64,000 nucleotides of DNA, from the NCBI GenBank assembly GCA_043228905.1, contig JBHGNT010000007.1:11346001-11410000 (forward strand), written 5' to 3'. The stretch comes from Azolla caroliniana. Lineage: Eukaryota > Plantae > Polypodiophyta. Shown one piece after another: positions 13,403-28,130 of this stretch. Under the pieces are notes generated by a model that saw only the letters and a list, made by a program, of their open reading frames with translations, was not told the origin of the DNA and did no database searches. Position 1 is the first letter of the stretch, and every line of letters starts with the position of its first letter. The translations under genes were made by a program, and so were the position numbers.

Positions 13403-14951
13403 AATGGCTTTTGTTAGCGCCCAAGAATACCAATCTGTTTTCTCCGAGCTACATAGTCTAAAAGAAAAATTTGTTGCCTTGGAACAAGAAAACCAATGGT
13501 TGTTAGGGAATCTTCAACAAATCGCCCTAGAAAAGCAACAAACGCAGCAACAACATGGGGAGTTGCAACAACAACATGGGGAGTTAGCGTTACGTGTGCA
13601 ACAACTCGAAGCAGCATTGCAACAATAAGGATCAAGTCCCCAAGGATTTCATAAAGAGCCCAAGATTGGACTTCTTGTGAAATTTGATGGAACGCGATTG
13701 CAATTTAGGGGATTCCTCAATCAGGTACGCTTAGTCATTTAAATGCATCCGTCTCGATACCCCACTGATGCATCATTCCCAAAGCAAGCTTTAAACTCAC
13801 TAATAAAGTCTTCAAAGTTATTAAGGCGATTGTTTTTCTAGAAGCGGAGCAAACCATGTCAATGCTGAGCCACTAAACAACGTGCCTATTAGGCCGACTG
13901 ATGCTTCTGGGAATATTGTAGAAGAGTCAGAACCCATTCAAGTTGTCCTAGGTAGTTTTGTGTGTGTAGTATCATTTAATATAATTAGTAGTCCAAAGCA
14001 TCCCATTGTCCTGGGATTACCTTGGTTTGAATTAAATAATCCAGACATAGATTGGAGAACAAGAGAAGTCTGACATCGACAACCCCAAGAATCTACTCAT
14101 CGAGTTTCGACCATTTCACTACGTCAATTATGCGAAGGACACAAGGAGGCAATGTTCCTATTTGCAATATCAATACATCCTTCCAGCACTATTAAGGAGG
14201 AATCCTTAGTGCAACTCCCGGCAAAATATCATCCTTATGCTGATGTATTTGACAAGGTAAAAGCCAGTACTCTTCCTCATCATCGTCCCTATGATTGTCC
14301 CATCGATTTACAACCAGGAGCAGAGCCACCATGGGGACCAATTTACAACTTGTCCCCCACCGAGTTAGAAGTCCTTCGAGCCTACATAGAGGAGAACTTG
14401 GCAAGCGGGTTTATTTGTCATTCGAAATCTCAGGCCGGTGCACCCATCTTCTTTGTCAAGAAGAAAGATGGCTCGCTTCGTCGCGTCGTTGATTACCACG
14501 GCTTGAATAAAGTCACCATCCGGAATAGGTATACACTTCCTCTTATATCAAGTCTTTTAGAGCGAGTTAATGGTGCCAAGTTTTTTACGAAAATCGATCT
14601 ACGAGGAGCGTATAACCTCGTGCGGATCTGACCGGGAGATGAATGGAAGATCGCCTTTCGCACGCGGTATGGGCACTTCGAATATACTGTTATGCCGTTC
14701 GGTCTAACCAATGCACCCGCAGTCTTCCAACACATGGCAAATGATATATTCAAAGACCTCTTGGATATTTGTTTGATAATCTATCTGGATGATCTATTGA
14801 TTTATTAGAAGACCAAGGAAGAGCACGATTCTCATGTACTATTAGTACTAAAACGATTCCGCGAGAATTGTCTTTATGCCAAGCTAGAAAAATGTAGCTT
14901 TGACTGCAAACAAGTGGAATTTCTAGGCTACGTCATCTCCTCAAAGGGCAT
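13403..14951 (+). pseudogene. gag-protease-RT of element H (stops, deletion, inverted gag segment)
   Basis: KEPKIGLLVKFDGTRLQFRGFLNQV gag motif and RT motifs, interrupted by in-frame stops. Confidence 0.8.
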
Positions 14952-15412
14952 TGTTGTCTAGGGGACAGAAATGTAAAATTAGGAAATTAGCAAACGCCGA
15001 GTCCGAGTATCACGGGCCACCGACGGCTCGGCGGTGTATTAGGGGAAAGGTTATTTAAACGAGGAGCAGTACCTCAGAAAGGAGAGAAGAAAACTATAGG
15101 CGGAAGCACTAGCTTAGTCATTCGTAATTAGATAAACTCGTAAGGTCACCGGCCATAGGCCGTGTTCTGTAATCCTTTTCTGCCATAGTAATATATCTTA
15201 TTTGTGCCTATTTTTGCTGCATGATTCTGTGCTTTGATCCATACCTATGAGTTTCACACCGCCACGTCTATCAAGACCTCGCTAGTGTTTTCTCTTTGAG
15301 CCTTGTATCTCTCTCGACGCCTCTGTTACGAGCCTTCATGTACCACGCCCTTGAAGACCGATAGACGCAGATCTATCGAAGGTGTTCACCCAAAGGAACG
15401 AGTAACACAATT

Positions 15413-15425
15413 TGGCACGCCCGGT
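15413..15425 (+). promoter_or_regulatory. PBS of element A (tRNA-Arg type)
   Basis: TGGCACGCCCGGT, 5 nt after the LTR end. Matches my recollection of the plant tRNA-Arg(UCU) 3' end. Confidence 0.75.
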
Positions 15426-15598
15426 TACAGCTGTGAGTGCACAGCGAACTTCGTTGAAGGTAACCACCAGCCGCCGTTACGACGCCCTCTCGCACCACGA
15501 GGTCTTGGCCACCCGCCCGACGCCCTGAGCCAGTCGAAGGAACTTCCGACTCGGCGGTCACTGACCAATCCTTTCCTGATCAATCGGGGGCTTGTCCA

Positions 15599-18500
15599 GT
15601 GCAATCCTCGCCACCGGACACTCGATCGCGAGTTGATTCACCACCAGAACCCCCGTCGAGCCCTCCGGAGGTCAATCAACCGGAACTAAACCCTTTTCCG
15701 GTGCTACCAGAAGACCCACAGTACGACATCATGCCGTACCCATACCCACGATATACCGACGGACCAGACGCGGAGTCACACATCCGTGCCTTCATATCCA
15801 CGTGGCAGGCTAACCACACCACACACCGCCTCACGTCGGCCGAAATCGATGCCTCGAAGATTGCCGAGTTCACACTCTCCCTCGATGGACCGGCCGCACG
15901 ATGGTACTCTCGCCTCGAAATAGGCGAGGCCACCACTTTCCAAATCGTGCGCACAAAGTTCCTTGAAATTTTTCATCGCGAGGTGCCTAAACGGGAACTG
16001 CTCCAGCAATTCTTCTCTATATGCCAGGAACCGCACGAAACGGTTGCGCAGTTCACGATCCGGTTCCAGGATCTCTACAGACAAGTGGCCGATGATGTCT
16101 CGGCACAACATATACCGGACACTTTCCTATCCAGTTTACGAGAGCCTCTACGAACGACTCTCGCACTTACAAATTTCGCCAACCATACTATCGAACAAGT
16201 CATAGCGCGCGTTCTCGCCCTCGATCGGAACCAGCACGACACGGCCTTCTCGATGACATCCTTGCAAAACGCTCTTCCCCAAGAGGACAATCGCTTTCGC
16301 CAAGCCCTCCAATGCACTGCGTGTTCAGGATCAGGGCACCTGGCCCTCGAATGTCCCCACCGACCATAGTGTCCGATCTGTCAGTCTCGAGCTCACACGA
16401 TCGAGCAGTGCGAATATAATATGCTGAACTGCACAACGGCGGCACCGGTCCGCCAGATTGAGCCACGAAATACATACTCTCGGCAGGACGAGCGATATAT
16501 CTACCGAGACCAGGATAACGACCAACCGCGATCCCCGGATCGATGGCGCCGAAACGACAACTACCAACGTGATAATCGCCGTGATTATTATCGCGATGAC
16601 TAGCACGACAATTATGCTCGATACGATGACGATGACGATGATCGGTATGACCGAAGGAACTCACGCATGGATCGGCGAAACCCTAAACCCTAAACCGCAA
16701 CACACGCAACAATAGAAGACCTAATCACAACCGCCGACGGGACGCTCCTCAACATGACCAGCGCAACTCCAACGCACCTTGGAACAACCCACCACCAAAT
16801 GAGGCCGAGAATCAACAACAGCAGCTTCCACACACAGACCAAGCGGACACCAGTAGCTCGGCCAACGTGACATGTTTTAAATGTAATCAACCAGGCCACT
16901 ACGCCACGCAATGTCCGACAACCAATCGTGGCAAGGCACCCGCGGTGAACAGTATCATGGCCGATGTTCAAACAGTCACTACCCGGAGTAAAGCGCAGAC
17001 TACTCAGTGGCAAATCCAGGATGACGTACGACAGGCAGCAAAAGAATGGGTCGACACGGCCAATAAAAATAATGCCGTACGCATGCAAACTGACATGAGG
17101 GACGGGCCCAGTGAAGTACCACAAACCCCGGCACCATCCACGTCGTCGGAGGACGACCAACTATGGGATGTTCTTACCAACTCCCGCATCTCGCTACCCC
17201 TACATAAACTGCTACTACTCATGCCGAGATTTCGGGACACCCTGGCGGCACTCCAAGCCAATACTAAGGCCGTGACACCACCGGTACACCTCACCGAAGC
17301 AGGAACCGGTCCACCACTCATGGATTCTCAGAACCCAGTCGTGCGAATCATCATTAAGGGACAAGACCTACACGGATGCATCATCGACGACGGATCCGGC
17401 GTAAACGTTATTAGCGAGTCAACGTGTCTCAACCTAGGCTTGAATAAATGGGAACCATGCCCCTTTTGGCTTCGGATGGCCGACACCCGCTCCGTTTGCC
17501 CCATTGGTTTAATCCGCCATCTCGACTTCACACTCGGAGGCCACATGTTCACGATCTCGGCCGTCGTACTATGACTGGAGACACAAGGCGCCTACCCAAT
17601 GTTACTAGGTCGACCATGGTTGCGTACAACGAATATCAAGCAACATTGGCAACACATCATGATCTCGTTCCGAAGAGGAAAGACAAAAGTCCGAATCATC
17701 ACTGAAGAACGAGTCCCCGTCGCCCTCAACACTTCGCCGTTATACGCGGAAGGGGTCCATATGCTCGACGGGTTGGCCGATGAGGAGGTCAATGACTTCC
17801 TAGATGATCATCCCACGATCATCCCTCTCTTTGAAATCAATGCCTTACCAACCATCGAGCCATCTAAAGACGAGGAAGTCACGGAGGAGTTACCACCCTA
17901 GGATGAACCAGATGCAACCACAGTTGTCGAGCTACGTCATGCTCGGGAGGCTTTCGAACGCGAACTCGCCATTTCACAACGAGTGAAAGCATCAACCCTG
18001 GAAACAATAAACCTCGGTTTGGACGAGAATCCGGTACAAATTGCCAATAATCTACCAACCGGCGAACGGGCATGCCTCGTCAAATTACTCACCGACTACC
18101 AGGATGTTTTCGCTTGGTCTTACACCGATATGAAGGGGCTGGATCCTCAATACTACCAACATCAAATTCACATCTTACCCGACACTCGGCCGGTTCAGCA
18201 GAGGCGCTACAGGATGAACCCCAACTACGCCGCTAAAGTCAAAGAGGAAATTGACAAACTACTCCGAGTGGGCTTCATTCGCCCTGTTAAACGGGCTACA
18301 TGGTTGAGCCCGATTGTAGTGGTCCCAAAGAAGAATGGAAAAATCCGCGTCTGCATCGACTATCGGAAGCTTAACGCGGCAACAGTCACCGACGGTTTCC
18401 CTCTCCCATTCACAGATAGCGTCCTCGACACGGTAGCCGGCCACGAATGCTACAGTTTCCTCGACGGGTTCAGCGGCTATAACCAGATAAGAATGCACCT

Positions 18501-20857
18501 GGAGGATCAGGAGAAAACCGCTTTCGTCACGGAATGGGGTGTTTTTGTAGCAGAAGTTATGATGTTCGGTCTAAAAACGGCACCGGCTACGTTCCAACGC
18601 ATCATCACTGAAATCTTTCATGACTACATCCCGACGTTCATGCAAGTCTTCCTCGATGATTTCGCCGTGTATGGCCATTGACGGGAACACATGACCCAGT
18701 TACGAGTCTGCCTGGACCGATGTCGCCAAGCTCGATTGAGTTTAAACCCGGCGAAATGCGCGTTCTTAGTCACCAGCGGCAACCTTCTCGGCCACATTGT
18801 CAGTCAAGAAGGCATCGCTATGGACCCGGATAAAGTAAAGGCAATCCTGAATGCCACCGCACCCTCGAACGCTAAGGCACTAAGCCGTTTTTTGGGACAG
18901 ATCCGGTGGCACAGCCAAATGATACGACACCTGGCCGATTTCGCGACACCCTTACACGCGGCAGTCCATCGCCTTCCTTTCCAATGGATGTCAGTCGAGG
19001 ACACGGCCTATCAGACCCTGAAACGAATGCTGTCACATGCCCCGGTGGTCCAGTCTCCGGTTTGGTTCGAACCGTTTCATGTCTTCGTAGATGCTTCGGA
19101 CATCGCCATCGGAAGTGCCCTGATGCAATGCACACCCCCGAATTGGTATAGGCCCGTGTACTACGCCAGCCGACGGCTCTCGACCGCGGAAAAGAATTAC
19201 TCCACCACTGAGCAGGAGGCCCTCGGTATGATTTATAGCATCAATAAATTTCGGCATTACCTCTTGGGCCGAAAATTTACCTTTCACGTGGATCACTCGG
19301 CCCTTCTTTATTTGGTCAATAAACAAGCCCTCACCGGACGGTTGGCTCGATGGATGCTCCTACTACAAGAGTTTGATTTTCAGATTCAGCATCGACCCGG
19401 GGTACAACATGCCGTCGCCGACTACTTGAGCCGTCTTGAGTCAGGAGAACCGGTGAAAACAATGTACGACAAGCTATCGGACGCCAACCAATTTAACTTG
19501 ACCACGGTACCAGACGATAACGAAGATGAATGGATCACGGAGATGACCCATTTTCTCACTACCGTTGTACCTCCCGAGCACATGATCCTTGACACGAGAA
19601 AACGCCTCGCAGCGCGTAGCCGGAATTTTTGCCTCGTCTCGGACATTCTCTACCACAAAGGCTCGGACGGCATATGGCGCCGAGCGATTCAGCAATTCGA
19701 GAAGAACGCTGTTCTTCAGGAAGCCCACCAGGGAGTAGTTGGGGGACACTACGCCGGGGATTCCACGGCAAGGAAAGTTTTGCAAAGTGGATTATGGTGG
19801 CCGACAACGAAGAAAGACGCTCACGAGTTTTGCCGGCAGTGCGATTTGTGCCAACGTCTGGGGCAACCAATGGAACAGTCACGGATGCCACACCAGCCGA
19901 TTCTTCCATTGGACCCATTTCAAAAATGGGGTTTGGATTTTGTAGGCCCTTTCAAACCACCCGCGGCCCGAACAGGGAATAGGTATATTATCGTTGCCAC
20001 GGATTACTACACCAAATGGGTCGAGGCTAAGGCACTCCGAGATAACATGGCGGCATCCACGACTAAATTTGTGTACGAGCACCTCTGGTGCCGTTACGGA
20101 TGTCCAATCGAGCTCGTTAGTGACCAAGGTGGGCACTTCATCAATCATATAATACGTGAGCTTACACACCACTACGTGGTGGTGCACAAGAAAAGCACAC
20201 CATACTACCCGCAGGCGAACGGCTTGGCAGAATCGACCAATAAAATCCTCCAAACCATACTGAAGAAGATCGTCAATGAAAACATGACCGATTGGGATGA
20301 CAAACTCCAGAGCGCGCTGTGGGCGTATCATACGACTTTCAAAACAAGCATCCCATCGACCCCCTTTCGAATGACGTTCGGGTTAGAAGCCGTAATGCCC
20401 GTCGAGTTCCAAGTCCTGAGCCTCCGAGTTCAAGTCAAAGCACGGCTCCCCGAGGCCGAATCCGAGCAATACCGGCTTGAACAACTCCTCGAACTCGGGG
20501 AAGATAGGATAGAGAGTATGGCCCAGCTCGAACAACGCCAATGACAACGCAAGGCTTTCATGGATCGACATTGACATGGGCTGGAGAAGGAGCTCACCAT
20601 CGGCAAACCAGTTCTTCTTTTCCAAACACGACTCTGGATTAAGATTTCGGTGGACCGGTCCATTCTGGATTATCGACGAGTTCAAGGGGACGTTCCAGCT
20701 CGGCACACTCGCTGGCGACACGGTCAAAAGCTGGGCCAATAGTTTTCGACTTCGACCATATCGAGGGACTACACCACCCAACCCGTTTACCGAGCCACAC
20801 GGCACAAACGAGACTCGGGAGATCACCACGGAGGACGCCACGTGTCCCCCTGAATAA
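15599..20857 (+). pseudogene. gag-pol of element A with several nonsense mutations
   Basis: Gag with CCHC knuckles (CFKCNQPGHYATQC), protease IIDDGSGVNVI, RT FLDGFSGYNQI and FLDDFAVYG, RNase H FVDASDIAIG, integrase HHCC and WGLDFVGP, C-terminal WTGPF. Confidence 0.92.
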
Positions 20858-20862
20858 GGACT

Positions 20863-23800
20863 TGTTGGGATTACGGTCCCTCCGGATGGGATGGTCGGAT
20901 GACCGGGAATCGGGAATGAAGACCCGAATGAGGAGTACCCGGTACTTGGAGCCGGATGATGAAGACCCGGTTACGGAACTGGATGATGAAGACCCGGTTC
21001 CGGATCCGGATGATGAAGACCCCGGCTACGGAGCCGGATGATGAAGACCCCGGCTACGGAGCCGGATGACGAATGTACCCGGAGAGAGATCCGGATGCGG
21101 GGACATATTTGTGAATATGTTTTCCAAGAGCCCTTTGAGGCTATATTTGTAAATAGTCCGAAAGTCATATGTGTATAAATATGACTTAGGGCAAACTGTT
21201 TAGGGTTGCTGGCTGTATGTTGTTGCCTATTGTGTATTGCCAATCTTATGTGTGCAAGAATGAAGAGAGTAGCCGAGAGAGAGAGAGATAGAGAGAGAGA
21301 CGAAGAGGTCGTTGCCTCTGTGTATTACCGCCGCCTGTGGCGAAGACAGTGAGCTCAAGGTTGTTGCCTTGTAGCTTCACCATTGTACATCTCTGTTTAT
21401 AGTGATAGTTGGAGTCTGAAGACTCCCGTGGTTTTTCCCATTTAGGGTTTTCCACGTAAAACATCCTGTGTACTCTTCTCTCTATTGTCTTCGTGCATTT
21501 TGTATTTCCTGTTTTCTGTGAGTTGATCCTATTCCTCGGTTGCGGCCGAGCACTGTTTTCTAACAATCTGGTATCAGAGCGAGGTTAACACAGAAAATGG
21601 AAGGCGGCGGTAGTGGGCCTCCGGGCATGATGGTGTTGAACTCACAGAACTACGCCGACTGGAAGATAAAGATGGAAGACCTTCTCATCGTCCGAGACCT
21701 GTACGAACCGATCGACAATGCCGAGATACCCAAGGGGGTAATAGAGTCGGAGTGGAAGCTCCTGAACCGGAAAGCCGTAGCGACGATCCGGCAATATGTC
21801 GATGTAAGTGTTCTGCAACATGTGGCGAACGATACGAACGCCTATGAGATGTGGCAGAAGCTGTCCGGACTGTATGAGAGGAAGAATGCTCTGACCCGGA
21901 CCTCCCTGATGAGGAAGATAGTGAATCTTAAGTACCGGGACGACGAGAGCATGGTCGAACACGTCAGCACGTTCATGGGATTCGTGAACCAGCTTGCGGC
22001 GATCAAGTTCCCGTTGGATGACGCAATGCAAGCCATCATGCTGATGTGTACCCTTCCGGAGAGCTGGGAGAACTTGGTAGTTACTCTCAGCACCTCCTGT
22101 AAGGAAGAGAACTTGTCTTTACTAACGGTAAAGACAAGTATTCTAAATGAAGAAGCGCGTCGGAGAGATAAAGAACCGGCCTCCGACTCGAAGGCGCTGC
22201 TTACCGAATCGGAACGGGGAAGACAACGGAACCGGAGTCCGCAAAGACGGGAGAAGTCGGGGACACGGTCGCAGTCGAGGGGAAGACCTACATGCTTCTA
22301 CTGTGGGAACCCGGGGCACTTCCAGAAGAACTGTCGGCATTTCCGGAAAGACAACGGAACCGACGGTACCGATTCGAAGAAGTCACCGGAGCGAAACGGT
22401 GCATACCGGGGAGCCACGGACCGGAGAGGTCCGGATCGGCGAGGGCAGGACCGGAAAGGAACGACGACACTCGCGGCAAGTGAAGAAGAGATAATGCTCA
22501 TTACCGAAGAGAGGGAGCTGAACCTTGCTGGTGAAGAGATGACCTGGGTGGTCGATTCCGGAGCGTCGTTCCACCTGACCCCGGAGAAGAAATACTTCTC
22601 ATCCTACACAGCCGGTGAGCACGGCTGTGTCCGGATGGGAAATGAAGGTACATGCCAGATTGCCGGCATAGGAGACGTGTGGCTGATGACATCAACCGGA
22701 TGCAAGATGCTGCTGAAGGATGTTCGACACGTTCCGGAGGTTCGATTGAACCTGATTTCGGCCGGGAGGCTAGACGATGAAGGCTACACGGGTAGCATCC
22801 GGAACGGTGTCATGAAGTTCAGCAAAGGGAGCCTGATAGTGGCTCGGGCCCGGAAGGTCAACACACTGTACCTGATGAATTCCCGGCTATGTCCGGAGGA
22901 GCTGAACGTGGCAGCTGACACTACCGGTGAGCTGTGGCACAAGAGACTGTGCCACATGAGCGAGAAGGGGATGAAGAGGCTTGCCGAAGACAACCTGATA
23001 CCGGTAAAGCACGTACACCTGGGGAAGTGTACCGACTGTCTGGCCGGTAAGCAAAACCGGACCTCCTTCCGCTCAAGACCACCGATGAGACGTAGTGTAC
23101 CATTGGAGTTGGTACACACTGATGTGTGTTAGGTAGAAACGAAGTCACATGGCGGAGCCCAGTACTTCGTAACATTCATAGATGACCATAGCCGGAAGCT
23201 GTGGACGGCACCGTTGAAGACAAAGGACCAAGTATTGTCCGTCTTCAAAGAACTCCACGTGAGAGTGGAAAGAGAATCCGGCAAGAAGCTGAAAGCACTA
23301 CGAGCGGATAACGGAGGAGAATACCGAGGGCAATTCGAGGAGCATTGCCGTTCGATGGGAATCCGGCTCGAGTTTACTGTGCCGAAGACGCCGGAACTGA
23401 ACGGGCTGGCCGAGAGGATGAACCGGACCATAATGGAGAGGGTCCGGAGTATGCTAGCACATGCGAAATTACCCAAGGGGTTTTGGGCTGAGGCAATGTC
23501 GACGGCGACATACGTGATAAACAGATCACCCTCAGTACCTTTGGACGGAGACACGCCACAGAGAGTGTGGACCGGTAGGGAAGTATCCTACCGGCATCTG
23601 AAGGTGTTCGGGTGTCTCGCATATGTGCATGTGGCAAAGGATCGGAGAGGAAAGCTAGATCCAAAGACCCGGCCATGCATATTCCTCGGTTACGGCGATG
23701 ACGAGTTCGGCTACCGAGTATGGGACCCGGTCGACAAAAAGATATTCCGGAGTCGTGATATCATCTTCATGGAGGACAGGACACTCGCCGACTGGGAGTC

Positions 23801-26382
23801 GGAGAAGAAGATGAAGAGCTCCAAGTCGACCGGTGAGGATCAACTCTACGAGGAGCAGTCCCGACCGGCAAGGGACCGGTTAGCACTCGAGGATCCGGCC
23901 GAAGACGGTGAAGAAACAGAACCGGCCGAGGAAGATGAAAATGATACCGGAACCGGCCCCGATCCCGAAATGGATTCGGATGAAGAGGAAACGGAGGAGC
24001 CGGTTACCGAAGCTCCGGAACGGAGATATCCTCTAAGAGAGAGAAGGGCCCCTCGGAGATTTCCGGAACCAGAGCACGTGCTGCTAATCGACGAGGGGGA
24101 GCCGGAGAGTTTTGAAGAAGCAAAGCTTGACACCCATAGCCGCAGGTGGTTAAGTGCCATGCAGGAGGAGATGGATTCCCTGCATGAGAACCACACATAT
24201 GAACTTGTGGAGTTGCCGAAAGGAAAGCGGGCACTTCGAAACAAGTGGGTGTTCAAGCTGAAACCGGGAGATGCCGGAAACCCCCCGAGATACAAAGCCA
24301 GGATCGTGGTGAAGGGGTTCCAGCAGAAGAAGGGCGTCGACTTCGACGAGATATTTGCCCCGGTAGTGAAGATGACCTCCATCTGGACGGTGCTGAGCAT
24401 AGCGGCAAGCATGGACCTCGAGGTAGAACAGATGGACGTGAAGACGGCATTCCTTCACGGTGACCTCGAAGAAGAGATCTACATGCAGCAACCGGAAGGA
24501 TTCGAGAAGAAAGGGAAGGAGCACCTGGTATGCCGGTTGAAGAAGAGCCTTTATGGACTGAAGCAGGCTCCCCGGCAATGGTACCGGAAGTTCGACTCTT
24601 TCATGACCGACGAAGGGTACCACAAAACGCAGTCCGATCACTGCGTGTTTGTGAAGAAGTTCAAAGGAGGAGACTCTCTAATACTCCTCCTGTACGTGGA
24701 CGACATGTTGATCGTCGGACGGGACCAGGTCAAGATACGGATGCTGAAGAAAGCGCTTCACCGAACCTTCTCAATGAAGGACCTGGGTCCGGCGAGGCAA
24801 ATACTAGGGATGCACATTATCTGGGACCGGAAGAAGAAGCAGTTGTGGCTGTCACAGGAGAAGTACGTGACAAAGGTGCTTCACCGGTTCAACATGTCGG
24901 AAGCAAGACCGGTCGGGTCAACCCTCCCGGCAAACTGCAGGTTGTCCAGCAAGCAAAGCCCCAAGACAAAGGCTGAGAAGGAGGACATGACGAAAGTACC
25001 ATATGCCTCTGCCGTCGGAAGCTTGATGTACGCAATGGTGTGTACAAGACCGGACATAGGATATGCAGTCGGAGTGGTGAGCCGGTACATGAGCAATCCC
25101 GGCAAAGAGCACTGGAACGCGGTCAAGTGGATACTCCGATACCTGAAGGGCACGGCAAACGTGTGCCTCCGATTCGGCTCCGGTAAGCCCGAACTCGACG
25201 GCTTTACCGATTCGGATATGTCGGCTGATGCAGATACCAGCCGGTCCACATCAGGGTATGTGATGACGTATGCAGGGGGAGCTGTTTCGTGGCAGTCGAG
25301 GCTGCAGAAGACGGTTGCGTTGTCAACCACGGAGGCGGAGTACATGGCGGCTGTTGAAGCCGGCAAGGAAATAATATGGATGAAGGACTTCATTAGAGAG
25401 CTCGGTATCCGGCAGGAGGAGTCCGACTCTACTGCGACAGCCAGAGTGCCATCCACCTTGCGAAGAACGCGGCCTATCACTCCCGGACGAAGCACATCCA
25501 GCGAAGATATCACTGGATCCGGGAAAGGATAGAAGACCAGGAGTTCGTGCTGACGAAGATCCACACGGACGAGAACGGGTCAGATATGCTGACCAAAGTG
25601 CTCACACCCGACAAGCTGGAAGCGTGCCGGAAGAGGGTCGGACTGGAAAGACATCCCATGCCGAAGAGAAGGGGGAGTTTGTTGGGATTACGGTCCCTCC
25701 GGATGGGATGGTCGGATGACCGGGAATCGGGAATGAAGACCCGAATGAGGAGTACCCGGTACTTGGAGCCGGATGATGAAGACCCGGTTACGGAACCGGA
25801 TGATGAAGACCCGGTTCCGGATCCGGATGATGAAGACCCCGGCTACGGAGCCGGATGATGAAGACCCCGGCTACGGAGCCGGATGACGAATGTACCCGGA
25901 GAGAGATCCGGATGCGGGGACATATTTGTGAATATGTTTTCCAAGAGCCCTTTGAGGCTATATTTGTAAATAGTCCGAAAGTCATATGTGTATAAATATG
26001 ACTTAGGGCAAACTGTTTAGGGTTGCTAGCTGTATGTTGTTGCCTATTGTGTATTGCCAATCTTATGTGTGCAAGAATGAAGAGAGCAGCCGAGAGAGAG
26101 AGAGATAGAGAGAGAGACGAAGAGGTCGTTGCCTCTGTGTATTACCGCCGCTTGTGGCGAAGACAGTGAGCTCAAGGTTGTTGCCTTGTAGCTTCACCAT
26201 TGTACATCTCTGTTTATAGTGATAGTTGGAGTCTGAAGACTCCCGTGGTTTTTCCCATTTAGGGTTTTCCACGTAAAACATCCTGTGTACTCTTCTCTCT
26301 ATTGTCTTCGTGCATTTTGTATTTCCTGTTTTCTGTGAGTTGATCCTATTCCTCGGTTGCGGCCGAGCACTGTTTTCTAACA
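20863..26382 (+). mobile_element. Young full-length Ty1/Copia element nested in A directly after the pol stop codon
   Basis: 703-bp LTRs 20863-21565 and 25680-26382 (~4 transitions). TSD GGACT. PBS TGGTATCAGAGC (tRNA-iMet) at 21569. PPT AAGAGAAGGGGGAG before the 3' LTR. Confidence 0.97.
21597..25670 (+). pseudogene. Copia gag-pol, near intact (one TAG at 23130, one frameshift ~25420)
   Basis: CFYCGNPGHFQKNC, WVVDSGASFH, GAG-pre-integrase WHKRLCH, integrase, RT LLYVDDML, RNase H FTDSD. Confidence 0.93.
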
Positions 26383-28130
26383 GGACTCACCCACCTTCTT
26401 GAAATTAATAAAAGTAGTAGTAGGTAGGATTAACCATAGTTTAGCCACTGATTAGCTACACCTACACCACCCACCTAGGCACCCACAATTTTAGGAGCAC
26501 CCTCGCCACCACTCAGTTAGTACCTATTTAAGCTGTTCACACATGCAAAGCACTAGAAGCACCCCACTCACCTTCAGGACACGTGGTGCTAGTCACTTAT
26601 TATGACACCCATGACTCAGAATCTTCAGGATTCGCTTCAGGCACAAAACCCTAGGAGTAAGTTACTAAAACCGTTTCCAAAATGTAGCACAGACCATTAT
26701 CGCTCCCCATCTCCATCGCTCTCAAGATCAGAAACCCCGTCTCGCCCTCATCACGCTAAGCGCTCTTGCTCTCAAGCCCTCTTTCGCTCTCATAACCTCT
26801 CTGCTGGACTTCCCCTTCCTGCTGTTCCTCCTGTGGCTCGCCCTCGCCTCATCACTTTGCTTCACGCTTCCACATAGTCGAACCCAGCCTCCATCTCCAC
26901 CATGCCTCTTACCGCCTCAACAGAAACCCGCCCCTAGCTCTAGGAACGAGGAATGGGCGGTTACCTGAAGATCATCGATGCCCCCCCGCACCCAGATGCC
27001 CAAACTGTGGCTAAACGTATAAGTCCCGAAGCCATCACCAACAACGTGCTTCGGGCTGTTTTGGACCTGCAACGGGGAGGGGACCATGAGGTCGACATAC
27101 CCCCGGCATCAAAGATGAAGGCGTATTTCGGTGAGTACTCAGTCTCAGGGAAGGCATATCGCACGTATGGCGGTCCCAACAAAGCTTTCGGGGAGATTGC
27201 TCGTATATTGATGGAGTATGCGTTCGTGCATACGAACCCAACAAGCATGCCGCAGAACAAGGCAGCTATCATCATCAGCGTGTATGAAGGAAACAGAATC
27301 GATTGGGGAATCATCACAGGCGAGGGAGTCCGCGCCGCCTTAGCTTCATTTCAGTCCGGTAAGAAGATGTTGTCTGTTCTTACCCACTTTTTGATGGTTC
27401 TATACCCACCCTCTTCGCTTCCTTCCCCTCACACACTCACGTCCCCACCACCACCACGAAGGTAGAGAGAGAAATTCGTGGCCATTAGCCTCGAAGCATG
27501 GGAGGAGCCCACATTGCCTTCACCCCCTACCGCCGACCAAAAAACCGCATCTGCACCACCACCCGCCAACCCCAACAAAAAAGGGTAGTTTCTGAGACCT
27601 GCCAAGAATGGGAGGAGGAGGTAGCCGCGGAAGACAACACGGCCGATGACGTCACCATTCGACAGCCAACGTCGTGCCCCTCGGTAACGTCCCCAGGACC
27701 TAGCCCACGCCCCAACACACATCAGGCTGCACCACCACGACCCCAGAAAAGGAAGCAGGCGGAGGAAACGACACTACCGGCCCCGGAACCCCAAACACAG
27801 CCAAGCAAGAGAAGACGACTCAACCGCGAGTCCTCGGAAGAACAGAAGGAGCCACAACAGGAGCAAGCCTTAGTGGTCAGACAGAGCAACCTGGCCATCA
27901 CCCCTGCGGAGGCATCGCTGAACCAGGGAACGATCGAGCATGGGCAGACAACACAGATCTCGGAGGATGAAGTCCTCGGGTATAAGGACCTCCCCGCGGA
28001 GGCTTATGAATTTAGTGCGCTCCTACGCCTCGGTACGTCATTCGAGCTGTTCGACTTCCTCGCCAGAGCCCAAGTCGCGGCAACCGCTCGAATGGCGGAA
28101 GAGCACGTCGAAACAAAAATGATTCAACGC

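Noticed and set aside
15599-20857. Programmed stop-codon read-through in pol
   Set aside because: The stops checked are TGA/TAG consistent with CGA/CAG-type transitions from methyl-C deamination, and homologous positions in B are sense codons.
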